64,000 nucleotides of DNA from positions 44,766,001 to 44,830,000 of the forward strand of contig NW_024704743.1 in assembly GCF_018977255.1 (NCBI RefSeq), read 5' to 3'. Shown piece by piece: positions 11,823-24,849 of this stretch (position 1 is the stretch's first letter; every line of letters begins with the position of its first letter). The position numbers and the translations under genes were made by a program. Source of the stretch: Callorhinchus milii (Eukaryota). The notes below the pieces were generated by a model. That model was not told the DNA's origin and searched no databases. It worked only from the letters and a program-made list of their open reading frames with translations.

Positions 11823-13829
11823 TCCAGAGATTCGAGAGACAGATTGGAAGTAATGCTATTGCTCCCACTAACTGATCAACCAGCGAAACAGCCTTCTTTC
11901 CATACATCATGATAATAATAACTCCTGCATTTGATATAGTGCGTTATCACATCATCACAGCATCTTAAAGTGTCACACAGGACATACTGCAAAATGTAGC
12001 GATTGCATATTTATAGGCAAACACAGCAGGCAAAGCAGATCACGTTGAACTCCATTCTATTGCAATCCCCTTCTGAGTGGAGTTCCTGCAGATAGACAGC
12101 AATTGTAGCAGTAGTAAGGAATTCTGTTAAGAAATATTGAACATAATAACCCAACATGGCATTACATGTATGATGACTTCACTGGCCATGCACGCAGGGT
12201 GATAGAGAATGACAATGAAGTGTCTGGGCTGACACTGAAGTGCTGCTCTTTGTGCAGGAGGAGGTGCAGCATAAACCCAGCATTAAAGGTTTACAAAGAC
12301 TTCAGCATGTCGCCGAGCACAATCTGCCTTAACCAGTTATTAAATATAACACAAATTAAGTCCTTTTCTTGCAAGAACAATCCCATATCCCTTTAAATCA
12401 TAAAGACAGAGCGTGGGCGGTACTGAGCTTTCACGAGTCCTACTGTGCTGAAATATGAAAGCCCTTAGTGCATCATGCTGGTTCCTTAGCTATCTTCAGG
12501 AATCACATCAGAGAGATGCACTCTGTATTAAAGAGTTGAGCATCAAACCATTGTGCAAAATGGAAATTTGCCTGAAGACCCTGGCCCACTCTTTCTTGAA
12601 AGCAATATGAGCTAATGTAGCTGTGTAGTCTGCCTGTGAATAAAATATAATTTCAGCACTAACACACGTAAGGTACTGGGGATTTTGCTTATTTTGACTT
12701 TCTATTTGCCAATTCACTGACATTTTATTTTATTCTTAATTGAACTAGACTGACTGGAGAGAACAGGGCATGTTCTTTTTGACAGTAAGGTCGATGCACT
12801 CAGATGGTGTGCGCTTATAATAAGAAATCCGATTCTCAATGTACACTGTCAAAATGAGCTAAATTCACAGTCACACAGAGCACCTAAAGTGTTGTCCACC
12901 ACTCAGTTCAATGCAACCTTCAGACATGCTTACTAATCAGAGTCTAACTGCTTTGATATCTTAAACTGAAATGAGTAAAGGCAGTAAGTGGTGGCTTAAA
13001 ATGCTTTGCAGCAGACGTCTGTATTATTTAAATAAAAATCAGTTAAAACATTTTTTCTTAAAGGTATAAACATTTTAAATACGAATATTTTGAAATTGGG
13101 CCAATGTCATTGGAGTGATTCCTCAATACATTCACCGACCTTAGCGTGTTTAAGGTACAAAATATTATTGACCACCAAATAACCATTTCATATGACTCCC
13201 TGCCCACTCCCAATTATCCCAATGTGAATTATATGACAATGCTGTGAAATAGAACATTTTACTCTTTTCACTGATCTGGTGAATGTATCCAGCATGACCA
13301 GGTCAAGCACAGTATGAGAGTTCAGAATCAATTTAGAACTCCTCCCACATTGTCCTGACATTGTGCATAAGCTCAATTCCTCCCCTTACCCCCCCAACGA
13401 CCACCACAGCATAAGTGAATCACTTTTATTTCCCACACGCTATCCTTTTGACCTCAGTTATTGAGATTACAGAGCACAGCCCAAGGATCATCCATACCCA
13501 AAGCTTGACATTTGTTTCTTGGAGAAACAACCTGCATTTACATTCTCATTCCTGTTGCCAGGGTCCAGCAGGAAAATATTTTTCAAAACACAGAGTTTTG
13601 ATCCTTTCCCAGTTATTTTTCTTGATGAAGACTATTTTGAGCCAGACAAATTTTTCGGGATTGCAGAATAAATTCTGTGTAAGTATCCCCAATACATTGA
13701 TTCTTTTTTTTATTAAATGTAATTGAAGTACAGAAAATCGGAAAAATATATAAGGTTAAATGAAGTACTGAGTCAAGAAGCAAAACAATAAATAATATAA
13801 TAATTACATTTTGTTGCAATGTCTCAAAG

Positions 13830-14563
13830 TTGTTGTGTATAGCACCCCTCATGCAGGGTAGCATCCCAGAGTGTTTGACAGTGGCGGAGCACGATGCCAG
13901 CCAGGGTGACCGTAGGCACGGTTGACGAGGAAGGTTTTCAAGCACGACCTGAAGATGGGAAAGGAAGGGCCAAGGTGGAGGGATAGAGGTAGAGTGTTTC
14001 AGAGTTTTGGGGTGTTGTGGGTGAAAGCGTGGCCACTGATGGTAGAACAGAGGACACGAGGAACATGCAGAAGGCTGGAGCCAGTCGAACGGAAGCAGAG
14101 GCCAGAGAGGGAGATGCCAGGGCATGAAGAGGGAGATGCCAGGGCATGAAGAGATTTGAAAACGAGTGTGAGGATCTTGAAATCAATCTGTTTGGCGATA
14201 AGGAGCCAGTGGAGCCTGGATGGAACTGGTGTGATGGTGGTACGGAGTTTAGTATGAGTGAATATGCGGGCTGCAGAGTTTTCGATCAGCTGGATCCTGT
14301 GCATGGTGGATCTGGGGAGACCGGCAAAGAGGGCATTTAAAAAGTTGAGTTGGGAGGTGACGAATGATGAACAAGTGTTTTGGCTGCGTCTGGGGCAAGG
14401 TACGGTCGGAGGCGGGCAATATGGTGAAGATGGAGGAAGGCAGTCCTAATCAGGGAATGGATGTGGGGAAGCAAGGACAGCTATGAGTTGAACCTAATGC
14501 CTAGGTTGCACACTGGTTCAGTGAGTCTGAAGAAGAGTAGAGGAGGTTGAGAAGGTCAGAGCC
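13830..14563 (-). mobile_element. L2 LINE 3' portion, second subfamily
   Basis: ORF 13999-14304 reads IQLIENSAARI..LHWLLIAKQIDFKILTLVFK. The tail motif (reverse complement) is gggatgctaccctgcatgaggggtgctata. There is an internal 22-nt tandem duplication at 14106-14149. Confidence 0.9.
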
Positions 14564-16234
14564 GCAACAACAATAAAATTACATTTGTAAAGCGCCTTTC
14601 ATATTGGGAGGATGTCCCAAGGTGATGAACAGTCAGGGATCAGGACCCGAGCGTGGTGGGGTAGGGTGGAGATGAGGGAGGGCAGATAGGTGGGAGGGCT
14701 GCGGAAGACACGGTCAAAAAGTAGGGTCTTGAGTCGTGCTTTGAAGGAGGCAAGGGAGGGAGCAAGGCAAAGGGATTGTGGGATGGAGTTCCAAAGAGTG
14801 GGGGAAGAGAGGCTGAAGGACTCATCGCCAATAGTGGGGTGGGTCGGGCGGGAGACGTGGAGCAGGCTGGAACCTGCTGAGCGGAGGGAGAGGACAGGAT
14901 GATTGGAGGTTAGCAGGTCAGAGATGTAGGAGGGGGCAAGGCCGTGGAGGGCCTTGAAAGTGAGGATGAGGATTTTGAATTCTATCCTCTGAGGGATGGG
15001 GAGCCAATGGAGCTGAGTGAGGGTGGGTGTGATGGAGTCACAGAGCCTGGTGCGGGAGGACATGAGCTGTAGAGTTCTGGATGATCTGCAGCTTGTGGAG
15101 GGAAGAGTTGGGGAGGTCGACAAGAAGGGAGTTTCTGTAGTCGAGCCTTAAGGTAACAAATGCGTGTATGAGGGTTTTGGCAGTGTGAAGGGTGAGGCAA
15201 TGGTGGAGTCGGGAAATGTTGTGGAAGTAGACAGAAGACTTTGATGGGAGCCAATGAGTATAGTGTCCGTCTTGTCAAAATTGAGCTGTAGAAAATTTTC
15301 GCTCATCCAGGTCTGATGTCTGCCAGATAAGCCGAGAGAACATTGGCGGTCCTGCAGTTGCAGCTGGAGGAGAAGTAGATTTGTATGTCATCCGCATACA
15401 TGTGGAAGTTTACTCTGTGTCTGCGGATGGCATTGCCAAGAGGGAGCATATAGATGAGGAAGAAGAGGAATGATGGAGCCATGGGATAAACCACAGGTAA
15501 CTGGGGGCAGGAGGAGAAACCATTTGAAGAGACAAAGTTAAGGCGGTTTGTTCAGTAAGACTTGAACTAAGCTATTGCAGTCCCACTAAGCTGGATGAGG
15601 GAGGAGAGGTGGTGGATGAGAATGGCGTAATTGATTGCGTTGAATGCAGCGGAGAGGTTCAGAAGAACACAGAGAGAGGACGTCGTTTGTAACCTTGACA
15701 AATACCGTCTCTGTGTTGTGAGTAAGGCGAATACCAAGATGGAGGGACTCGAGGAGGGAATGGAGGGAGAGGTGTGAGCAAAACTAGTTAGCGACAACGC
15801 ATTCCAGAGCTTTGGTAAGGAAGGGCAGGTTGGAAATGGGTCGGTAATTTGTGAGGTTGGAGGGGTTAAGGGTGTTTGTTTTGAGGCGGGGAGTGATGAC
15901 AATGATACTAAGGAGGAGAGGAACAGAACCTGAGGAGAATTATTGGTTCACTGTGTTGGCCAGCAGCATAGTAGTGGAATTGGGTGACCAGCAACTGGAT
16001 GGGGAAGGGGAGAGGCAGTAGGTGATGAACTTTACCTGGAAGATGGTGGTTTAGAGCAGAAAGGAATAATTGTGACAATGAAGTGTAGAGAAGTTGGTAG
16101 TGGTGGGGGCCATGGCGGAAGGAGTGGGTGGTTTAGATGGTCTGGGGACGTAGGATAGGAGGATGCGGCCAGGCAGATATTTTCAATCTTTGACCTGAAG
16201 AAGTCTAGGACCTCTTCGCACTTGGCGTTTGAAG

Positions 16235-16994
16235 CAGAATATTTTCTTAATGGGGAGGAATTAAGAACTGTGGAGGAGCAAAGAGTTTTGTGCGTCCATA
16301 TCCACAAATCACTTCCCAGCTGCAAAAAAAGTAATCAAAAAGGTGAATGAAATGTTGGCCTTTATCTCAAGCCGCCTGGAATACAAAGGGGACGAAATGA
16401 TGCTTCAGCTGTATAGAGCGTTAGTTAGACCCCATCTGCAGTACTGCATTCAGTTTTGGGCACCACACCTCAGGAAAGATATATTGGCCCTGGAGGGGGT
16501 GCAGTGCAGGTTCACCAGAATGTTACCAGGCCTAAAAGGGTTAAGTCACGAGGAAAAGCTGCGTAAACTTGGATTGTATTCCCTTGAGTTTAGAAGGTTG
16601 AGGGGTGATTTGATTGAGGTATTTAAGATGATAAAGGGGTTTGATAGATACAGAGAAGCTATTTCCTCTGATGGGGGAATCCAGAACAAAGGGGCAGAGT
16701 CTTAAAATTAGAACCAGGCCATTTAAGAGTGAAATGAGGAAGCATTTTTTCACTTAAAGGGTTGTAGAAATCTGGAATTCTCTCCCCCAGAAGGCTGTGG
16801 ATGCTGGATCCATCTCCACACCTTTAAGAGTGAGGTTGATAGATTTTTGGTAGGTCGGGGTATTAAGGGATATGGGGAGAAAGCGGGAAATTAGGATTGA
16901 AAGGATTAGTTGAGGTTCAGATCAGTCATGATCTAATTAAATGGTGGAACAGGCTCGAAGGGCTGAACGGGCTCCTCCTATTCCTATGTTCCTA
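16235..16994 (+). mobile_element. 5'-truncated CR1 LINE nested in L2
   Basis: ORF 16343-16705 reads LYRALVRPHLQYCIQFWAPH..RRLRGDLIEVFK. Tail tcctattcctatgttccta. Flanked by TGAAG at 16230-16234 and 16995-16999. Confidence 0.95.
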
Positions 16995-17515
16995 TGAAGT
17001 GAGGATGGAGGTAGCTTGGAGGGGTGTGTGGAGGAGGTGATGGATGGTGGAGAACAGTGCCTTTGGGTTGTTTTGGGCCTCCAAAATGGATTTGGAGTAA
17101 GAGGCAGATTTGGCCAGCGAGAGGGAGAGGCAATAGTTGTGGAGATCCTCGAGCCACAGGTGGCAGTGGATGGTGAGGCCGGATTTGTGCCATCTGCACC
17201 CAAGTGTCCGGGTTTTAGCTTTGAGGGAGTGGAGGTGGCTGTTATACCAGGGGGAGTGGGTAGATTTGAAGACAGCCCTGGATTTCAGGGGGCAAGGGAG
17301 TTGAAGGTTGCAGAAGGGTGATTGTTTAGAAAATTGATGGCAGTTTCAGGATTGTTGCGGGTGGAAGTCCAGAGGGAGAAGATATCTGAGGAAGAATAGG
17401 GGTTTGTGTGGGTCTCAGATGGAAGCTTTATCCAAGATCGGAAAAAGATAGTGGAGGGCTTGGAAGAGGGGAGGGGGCTGCAGGAGGACAGGGAGATGAA
17501 GAAATGGTTTGACAT

Positions 17516-18545
17516 ACCTGGTTACCTGCGGGGTACCCCAAGGAGCCATCCTTGGCCCCTCCTTTTCCTAATCTATAAGCTCCCTCTTGGGGATTTCATC
17601 CGCAGACATGTGGTACACTTCCACATGTATGCGAACAACACCCAACTCTATTTTTCCACCTCACTTTGCGACCCCCCCCAGTCCCCTGATGTTCTCTCAG
17701 CCTGCCTGTCAGACCTCAGGAGCTGGATGAGCGTGAATTTCTTTCAGCTAAATGTTGACAAGACAGAAACCATACTCTTTGGCTCTCATCAACGTCTTCA
17801 ATCGCATGGTTCTCACCTCCTCCACCTACCTGACCTGTGCCTAAAACTCTCCGAACCCATACGCAATCGAAGTGTCAGGTTCGACCTCCAATTATCCCTT
17901 CTACCCCACATTTGGTCCCTCATCAGCGCCACTTCCTTACACCTCCGACGCATCGCCCGTCTCCGCCAATATCTCACCCCAAAAGCCACGGAAACCCTGG
18001 TCCATACCTTTGTCACCTCTTGGCTGGAGTATTCAAATGTCCTCCTCGTCAGTCTCCCCTCCATTACCATTCATCAAATCCAGGTTATCCAGAATTCTAC
18101 CCCCTGCATTCTTACGTGTACCAAACTCCGCTCCCCAATTATCCTAGCCCTTGCCAGACTGCACTGGCTGCCTGTCCCAAAGAGGATTGACTTCAAAATC
18201 CTCACTCTTGTTTTCAAATCCCTCCACTCCTCTGCACCCCTCCTACCTCTCTGACCTCCTCTCTCCTCACAACAGTGCCCCCTGACTTTGTTCCACCAGG
18301 TCTGGCCTCCTCCTTGTCCCCCGAATCCTCCGCTCCACCATCGGCGGCCGTGCCTTCAGCCACTATGTCCCGAGGCTCTGGAACTCCCTTTGTCTCGCCC
18401 CCTCTTCCTACTTTCAGGTCTCGGCTAAAGACGTTTGGTCACCTTCTTCCCCCTCTCTCTGGCTCGGCCCTGGGATCCGTTATTGTAAAGCGCTCTGAGA
18501 TGCCATCCGGCATGGAGGGCACTATATAAATCCAAGTTGTTGTTA
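17516..18545 (+). mobile_element. 5'-truncated L2 (RT C-terminal half to tail) nested in the opposite-strand L2
   Basis: ORF 17406-18254 contains PLLFLIY, FHMYANNTQLY, LNVDKTE and LHWLPVPKRIDFK. Tail aaatccaagttgttgtt. Confidence 0.93.
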
Positions 18546-18954
18546 TTGAGATGGTCTTGTCTGATTATCAATTATAAATTGAGATGGTCTTGTCTTGAGA
18601 TGGTCTTGTCTCTTCAATGGTACTAAGGAGGAGAGGAACAGAACCTGAGGAGAATTATTGGTTCACTGTGTTGGCCAGCAGCAGAGAGAGTAGGGGAATT
18701 GGGTGACCAGCAACTGGAATGGGGAGGGGGAGAGGCAGTAGGTGATGAACTTTACCTGGAAGATGGTGGTTGAGAGCAGAGGGGAATAATTGTGACAATG
18801 AAGTGTAGAGAAGTTGGTAGTGGTGGGGGCCATGGCGAAAGGAGTGGGTGGTTTAGATGGTCTGGGGACGTAGGATAGGAGGATGCGGCCAGGCAGATAT
18901 TTTCAATCTTTGACCTGAAGAAGTCTAGGACCTCTTCGCACTTTGCGTTTGAAG

Positions 18955-19712
18955 CAGAATATTTTCTTAATGGGGAGGAATTAAGAACTGTGGAGGAGCA
19001 AAGAGTTTTGTGCGTCCATATCCACAAATCACTTCCCAGCTGCAAAAAAAGTAATCAAAAAGGTGAATGAAATGTTGGCCTTTATCTCAAGCCGCCTGGA
19101 ATACAAAGGGGACGAAATGATGCTTCAGCTGTATAGAGCGTTAGTTAGACCCCATCTGCAGTACTGCATTCAGTTTTGGGCACCACACCTCAGGAAAGAT
19201 ATATTGGCCCTGGAGGGGGTGCAGTGCAGGTTCACCAGAATGTTACCAGGCCTAAAAGGGTTAAGTCACGAGGAAAAGCTGCGTAAACTTGGATTGTATT
19301 CCCTTGAGTTTAGAAGGTTGAGGGGTGATTTGATTGAGGTATTTAAGATGATAAAGGGGTTTGATAGATACAGAGAAGCTATTTCCTCTGATGGGGGAAC
19401 CCAGAATAAAGGGGCAGAGTCTTAAAATTAGAACCAGGCCATTTAAGAGTGAAATGAGGAAGCAGTTTTTCACTTAAAGGGTTGTAGAAATCTGGAATTC
19501 TCTCCCCCAAAAGGCTGTGGATGCTGGATCCATCCACACCTTTAAGAGTGAGGTTGATAGATTTTTGGTAGGTCGGGGTATTAAGGGATATGGGGAGAAA
19601 GCGGGAAATTAGGATTGAAAGGATTAGTTGAGGTACAGATCAGTCATGATCTAATTAAATGGTGGAACAGGTTCGAAGGGCTGAACGGGCTCCTCCTATT
19701 CCTATGTTCCTA
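18955..19712 (+). mobile_element. Duplicated copy of the nested CR1
   Basis: Near-identical to 16235-16994 with the same TGAAG flanks; part of the tandem duplication. Confidence 0.95.
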
Positions 19713-20233
19713 TGAAGTGAGGATGGAGGTAGCTTGGAGGGGTGTGTGGAGGAGGTGATGGATGGTGGAGAACAGTGCCTTTGGGTTGTTTTGGGCCTCC
19801 AAAATGGATTTGGAGTAAGAGGCAGATTTGGCCAGCGAGAGGGAGAGGCAATAGTTGTGGAGATCCTCGAGCCACAGGTGGCAGTGGATGGTGAGGCCGG
19901 ATTTGTGCCATCTGCACCCAAGTGTCCGGGTTTTAGGTTTGAGGGAGTGGAGGTGGCTGTTATACCAGGGGGAGTGGGTAGATTTGGAGACAGCCCTGGA
20001 TTTCAGGGGGCAAGGGAGTTGAAGGTTGCAGAGAGGTGATTGTTTAGAAAATTGATGGCAGTTTCAGGATCGTTGTGAGTGGAAGTCCAGAGGGAGAAGA
20101 GATCTGAGGAAGAATAGGGGTTTGTGGGGGTCTCAGATGGAAGCTTTATCCAAGGTCGGAAAAAGATAGTGGAGGGCTTGGAAGAGGGGAGGGGGCTGCA
20201 GGAGGACAGGGAGATGAAGAAATGGTTTGACAT

Positions 20234-21254
20234 ACCTGGTTACCTGCGGGGTACCCCAAAGAGCCATCCTTGGCCCCTCCTTTTCCTAATCTATAAGCTC
20301 CCTCTTGGGGATTTCATCCGCAGACATGTGGTACACTTCCACATGTATGCAAACAACACCCAACTCTATTTTACCACTTCACTTTGCGACCCCCCCCAGT
20401 CCCCTGATGTTCTCTCAGCCTGCCTGTCAGACCTCAGGAGCTGGATGAGCGTGAATTTCTTTCAGCTAAATGTTGACAAGACAGAAACCATACTCTTTGG
20501 CTCTCGTCAACGTCTTCAATCGCATGGTTCTCACCTCCTCCACCTACCTGACCTGTGCCTAAAACTCTCCGAACCCATACGCAATCGAAGTGTCAGGTTC
20601 GACCTCCAATTATCCCTTCTACCCCACATTTGGTCCCTCATCAGCGCCACTTCCTTACACCTCCGACGCATCGCCCGTCTCCGCCAATATCTCACCCCAA
20701 AAGCCACGGAAACCCTGGTCCATACCTTTGTCACCTCTTGGCTGGAGTATTCAAATGTCCTCCTCGTCAGTCTCCCCTCCATTACCATTCATCAAATCCA
20801 GGTTATCCAGAATTCTACCCCCTGCATTCTTACGTGTACCAAACTCCGCTCCCCAATTATCCTAGCCCTTGCCAGACTGCACTGGCTGCCTGTCCCAAAG
20901 AGGATTGACTTCAAAATCCTCACTCTTGTTTTCAAATCCCTCCACTCCTCTGCACCCCTCTGACCTCCTCTCTCCTCACAACAGTGCCCCCTGACTTTGT
21001 TCCACCAGGTCTGGCCTCCTCCTTGTCCCCCGAATCCTCCGCTCCACCATCGGCGGCCGTGCCTTCAGCCACTATGTCCCGAGGCTCTGGAACTCCCTTT
21101 GTCTCGCCCCCTCTTCCTACTTTCAGGTCTCGACTAAAGACGTTTGGTCACCTTCTTCCCCCTCTCTCTGGCTCGGCCCTGGGATCCGTTATTGTAAAGC
21201 GCTCTGAGATGCCATCCGGCATGGAGGGCACTATATAAATCCAAGTTGTTGTTA
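20234..21254 (+). mobile_element. Duplicated copy of the nested L2
   Basis: Near-identical to 17516-18545, with a 9-nt deletion near 20958. Confidence 0.93.
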
Positions 21255-21327
21255 TTGAGATGGTCTTGTCTGATTATCAATTATAAATTGAGATGGTCTT
21301 GTCTTGAGATGGTCTTGTCTCTTCAAT

Positions 21328-21503
21328 TGTGCCTGCAGCTCCCCTCTCGACTCTCTACCCCCTCCTCGCTCCCTCCCTTCCCTCCCCTCACCCTGACCAT
21401 ATCCCCCCTGCTCAGGTCCCGACCCAACTGTTCAGCGCCTTGGGTCTCCTCCCGACGTGAAAGGCGCTCTATAAATGCAATCTTGTTGTTGTTGTTGTTG
21501 TTG
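21328..21503 (+). mobile_element. L2 3' end, young subfamily, (GTT)n tail
   Basis: Matches 11650-11822 and the 3' part of 34505-34988. Confidence 0.92.
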
Positions 21504-22284
21504 ATGGACAAGGCCGTGAGTGATAATGAGGTCGAGAGAATGGCCACATTTGTAGGTTGGGGAGTTTATGTGCGTGAGGTTTAGTGTGGAGAGGAGGGCA
21601 GTGAAGTCAAAGGAGATAGGGCAAGGAGAATTTAGGTGGAGGTTGAAATCACCCATTATGATCAAGTGTTCAGTGTAGAGTGGGAGAGAGGAGGGAGGAG
21701 GTGTCAGGGATGAAGGAACCAGATGATTTGGGAGGTCGGTAAATAAGTAGGAATTTGAGGGAGAGAGAGGGATGGGATGGTACGAGGTTAAATGTTCAAA
21801 ACAGGGGAAGGAGCTAGAGGAACAGGGCAATAGAGTGAGGGACGTTTGGGAGATGAAGGCCATCCTGCCGCCATGTCGGTTTGGACCAGGGGGGTGTGGT
21901 GAAAGGTGTAGCCATGAGGTGAGGCTTCAATCGCTGAGGGGCATCCAGGTTTCACTGAGCCCAAGAATGTCGATTTGCTCATTCTGAATGAGGTCATGGT
22001 TGCAGAGGCTGATTGGAGCATGGTTGCTCCCTTCCTCACTCCCTTTGCCTCGCCCCCTCTCTTCCTATTTTCAGGTCTCGGCCGAATATGTGAATATAAA
22101 AATAATGTGTTGTATTTTGGGCGAGTAGTTTTCAGTTTTTCTACATCAAAGTCTCAAAATGTATTTTATGTTCAAACCACAAACATACTGGAAAGAAATC
22201 TTGGTTTATAAAATTCAAGAGGAATTTGCCTTGGCTGGGGGTACAAAGACATCCACCCAGTTTCGTGGTGAATTATTTTCACTT

Positions 22285-22803
22285 CCTGTACTGCTGGTTG
22301 TACTGCTGATAATAGCTGATGAAGAAACTCTCTGGCTTGGGGTGACAGCTGTTGGAAGGCATTACCTGGAATCCGGGTTCGTGAACACACGTTCATATAT
22401 CTAGTGCTTGGAATCCACCTTGATTGATATGCAGAGAGGTAAGCAACTGTTGTTCAAGCTCAGCACCTCCAATGCAAGCCAAACTTCTAGTGATAGGGTA
22501 GTCTCAGTTGGAAAAACAGCAGGAAGCTTACCAGACAGTGCTATCCATGGCAAGCTATGCAGATTCAGTTGGTTAAACTCCAGCAGTATCCCAACACACA
22601 CTCTGAGGTCCTCAAGCTTTGACTCTCTCCAACTTGCCGAATACTCTCCAGAGTTAAGTAAGAAGGGCGTGTCCCTGCAAGGAACAGTGTGCATTCATAT
22701 ATGGAATAAGTGGCATACATAAATGGAATTCTCAATCTGGTTTCTATACTCTTAAACATGGTGATGGTTTCTGCATGTGTCAGACATTCTGCTGACCAAA
22801 AAG
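22285..22803 (+). repeat. Unclassified interspersed repeat, copy 2
   Basis: agcaggaagcttaccagacag..ggttaaactccagcagtatccc..atactcttaaacatggtgatgg..catgtgtcagac..ctgaccaaaa aligns with copy 1. The 5' end is uncertain. Confidence 0.78.
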
Positions 22804-24849
22804 AAACATGACTCTAGTGGTACTCTGCTGCTACTAATAGTTTTACTTCTAATAAAAGACAAAATAATGAACAACACAAACAGCAGAGTGACAGTTTCAA
22901 CCTCATTAATGACATTTTGAGACAGAGGAAGGGCCCATTTATTATCAATTTGTAGAGTGCATCAAGACAATATAAACAAACTACGCATAAAATAGGATAG
23001 AAAATGTAGTGGGGAAGGAACGGATGGATTGTAAAGTTTTATTCATTGCAGCATCTCGGTTAGTTATGTGATCCGTTCTTCTTGCTGTCTGATCTCCTTC
23101 CTGTCTGACTGCTTCTGTCATCTAGCCCATACTTGAAGGTATTAAAGCTAATTCAAAAGAGTCTTGATGCAAAACAGGAAACATAAGCTGTCATTTTATA
23201 TAACACTCCTTTTTCTTTTAAATGTTAAACATTCACTTCTGCTTTGTTTTATCTCTGACACTGTCTTCAACTATTTGTGTGATGACATTATTTCATATTG
23301 TCATTATTAAATTATTTATTGAGATAATGCCCGTCAGGTTTGGTGGTTGACTTTTTCTCTGCCCAATATGGTGGTTGTCTTCTGCTTTGTCTATTGGGGT
23401 AATGTCTGAGGCTTTCTAATGCAGTAGCTGTTGCATTGTCACCATTGATTTCTTCCTCAGATGCTGCCAAGAGCTAGTCTTGACTTTCAGTGGTCCTGAT
23501 ACCTGACAAAGATCTGCATATCGTCCATCAGGTGTATCAAGATACAGAACTCTTAACATTATGACTCCAGATTGCAGAGATGTCAAAATTATGTTTTCAG
23601 TGAGGCCTCACTTGTAGTTTATGAATCATGTAGAACGCGGCAAATTCAAACTTATTCAAGGAAACCTGTCCTAGCTCAGTTTGGGTAAGGCCAACATGCG
23701 CTGAATAACCTCGGGGGGAAAAACAAATACCTCTCAAATATGACTCCTATGAAACCGGCATCCAAGATGGTGGGGCCCAGGGATTCTGAGACAAATTTGG
23801 GTGCTACAGGTAATCAGAAGTCAGATGGGGAGAAGAATATGTATAACTATATTTTAACATCCTTTCTTAAATAAAAAGTGTTAGGAATATGTAATTTAGC
23901 TCCAGCATAGAAGGAGGCCATTCGACCATTTTATCTTATCTCACAATCGGGAGCTTATTGACCCCATGTTATTGATACAAACCAGTATAATTCAGAATTT
24001 GCATCAATTATATATGGTTATTTTGTCTCAACTCTGGTTTTTCATTCATTGATGTGCAACAACAACAATAACTTGGATTTATATAACATCCTTCATGAAG
24101 ATAGGATAATGAAAATATTTTGATGAAAATATTGGTTGGATTTGTTTCCTACATCTGAGAAACTGTTCAACTTTATATCCAGGAAATCTTCGTGTGTGTT
24201 TTTTACACAGTGGGAACAGCTGTTTGCCTTGAGTCAGATTGTTGTTAGCTTGATTGATTATATCCCAGCATAAAACCAAATTAAGGTATTTGCTGCTTTT
24301 TTGTTGAAACAGCCATTACAGAATGGCAGTGTGATCTGACAGTTCGATTGATGCTCACAGTATCACCTATTCCATCCTCTAAATGTGACTTGCCATATCA
24401 CTGTATCAGCAGCATTTGAAATGTCATCTTCTTAAGATGAAAAACGATAGCTAACATTAATAGATCTGTTTTGAAGGTCATTTGGCTGGTTAGTGCACAC
24501 TTGACTGCAATGCATCAGTCTATTCTGTACTACACTTTTCATCAAAACGTAGACATTTTGCAGGAGCTGGTAAGTTCTATTTTAGAATTGGAAAAACGGA
24601 TCAACAGTTTAGAAGATAAAAGGGAGAGATACGGTTACATCATATCGTGAAATATTTTCATTTTGTTGAAAAATGATCGCCTCCAACCACTTCCATCTTC
24701 CTGCTGATTCCATTATGTCCTTAATGAACCTCTGCCTACATGGTTGTTCTTTTAAAATGAATAGACCATTTGGACAATGACTGATAATCCACCAGTAGTC
24801 TGCAATAAATAAACTGTATTGTGGCAGTCAGCAGCAAAAAGGAATTCAA

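Larger units (their letters stand above)
15900..21327. repeat. Tandem duplication of about 2.71 kb (units 15900-18614 and 18615-21323)
   Basis: Units are near-identical by eye with scattered substitutions and small indels. ORF pairs recur at about 2.72 kb offset (16343/19063, 17406/20124). CAAT occurs at all three junctions. Confidence 0.97.
14565..22020 (-). mobile_element. Near full-length L2 ORF2 (EN and RT) broken by nested insertions; own segments 14565-16234, 16995-17515 and 21504-22020, with duplicated parts in 18615-20233
   Basis: Tail at 14565; LHWLPIPQRIEFK (ORF 14599); FHMYADDIQIY (ORF 15303); LNLSAAFNAI (ORF 15567); endonuclease SDH-equivalent SNHFFI (ORF 17285) and MGDFNLH..GHSLDLII (ORF 21432). 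Segment order is colinear with the L2s at 40895-43200 and 45768-47700. Confidence 0.85.

Noticed and set aside
12166..12240. C/D box snoRNA (ATGATGA ... CTGA)
   Set aside because: No convincing terminal stem and no guide complementarity that I can recognise; the motifs are short enough to occur by chance.
17406..18254. 282-aa ORF (and its twin at 20124-20963) as a functional gene
   Set aside because: It is a chance fusion of antisense L2 sequence with a truncated L2 RT whose YADD motif is mutated to YANN.
18546..18611. CRISPR-like direct repeats
   Set aside because: Only three 17-mers with no regular spacers, in a vertebrate repeat context, and no cas genes.
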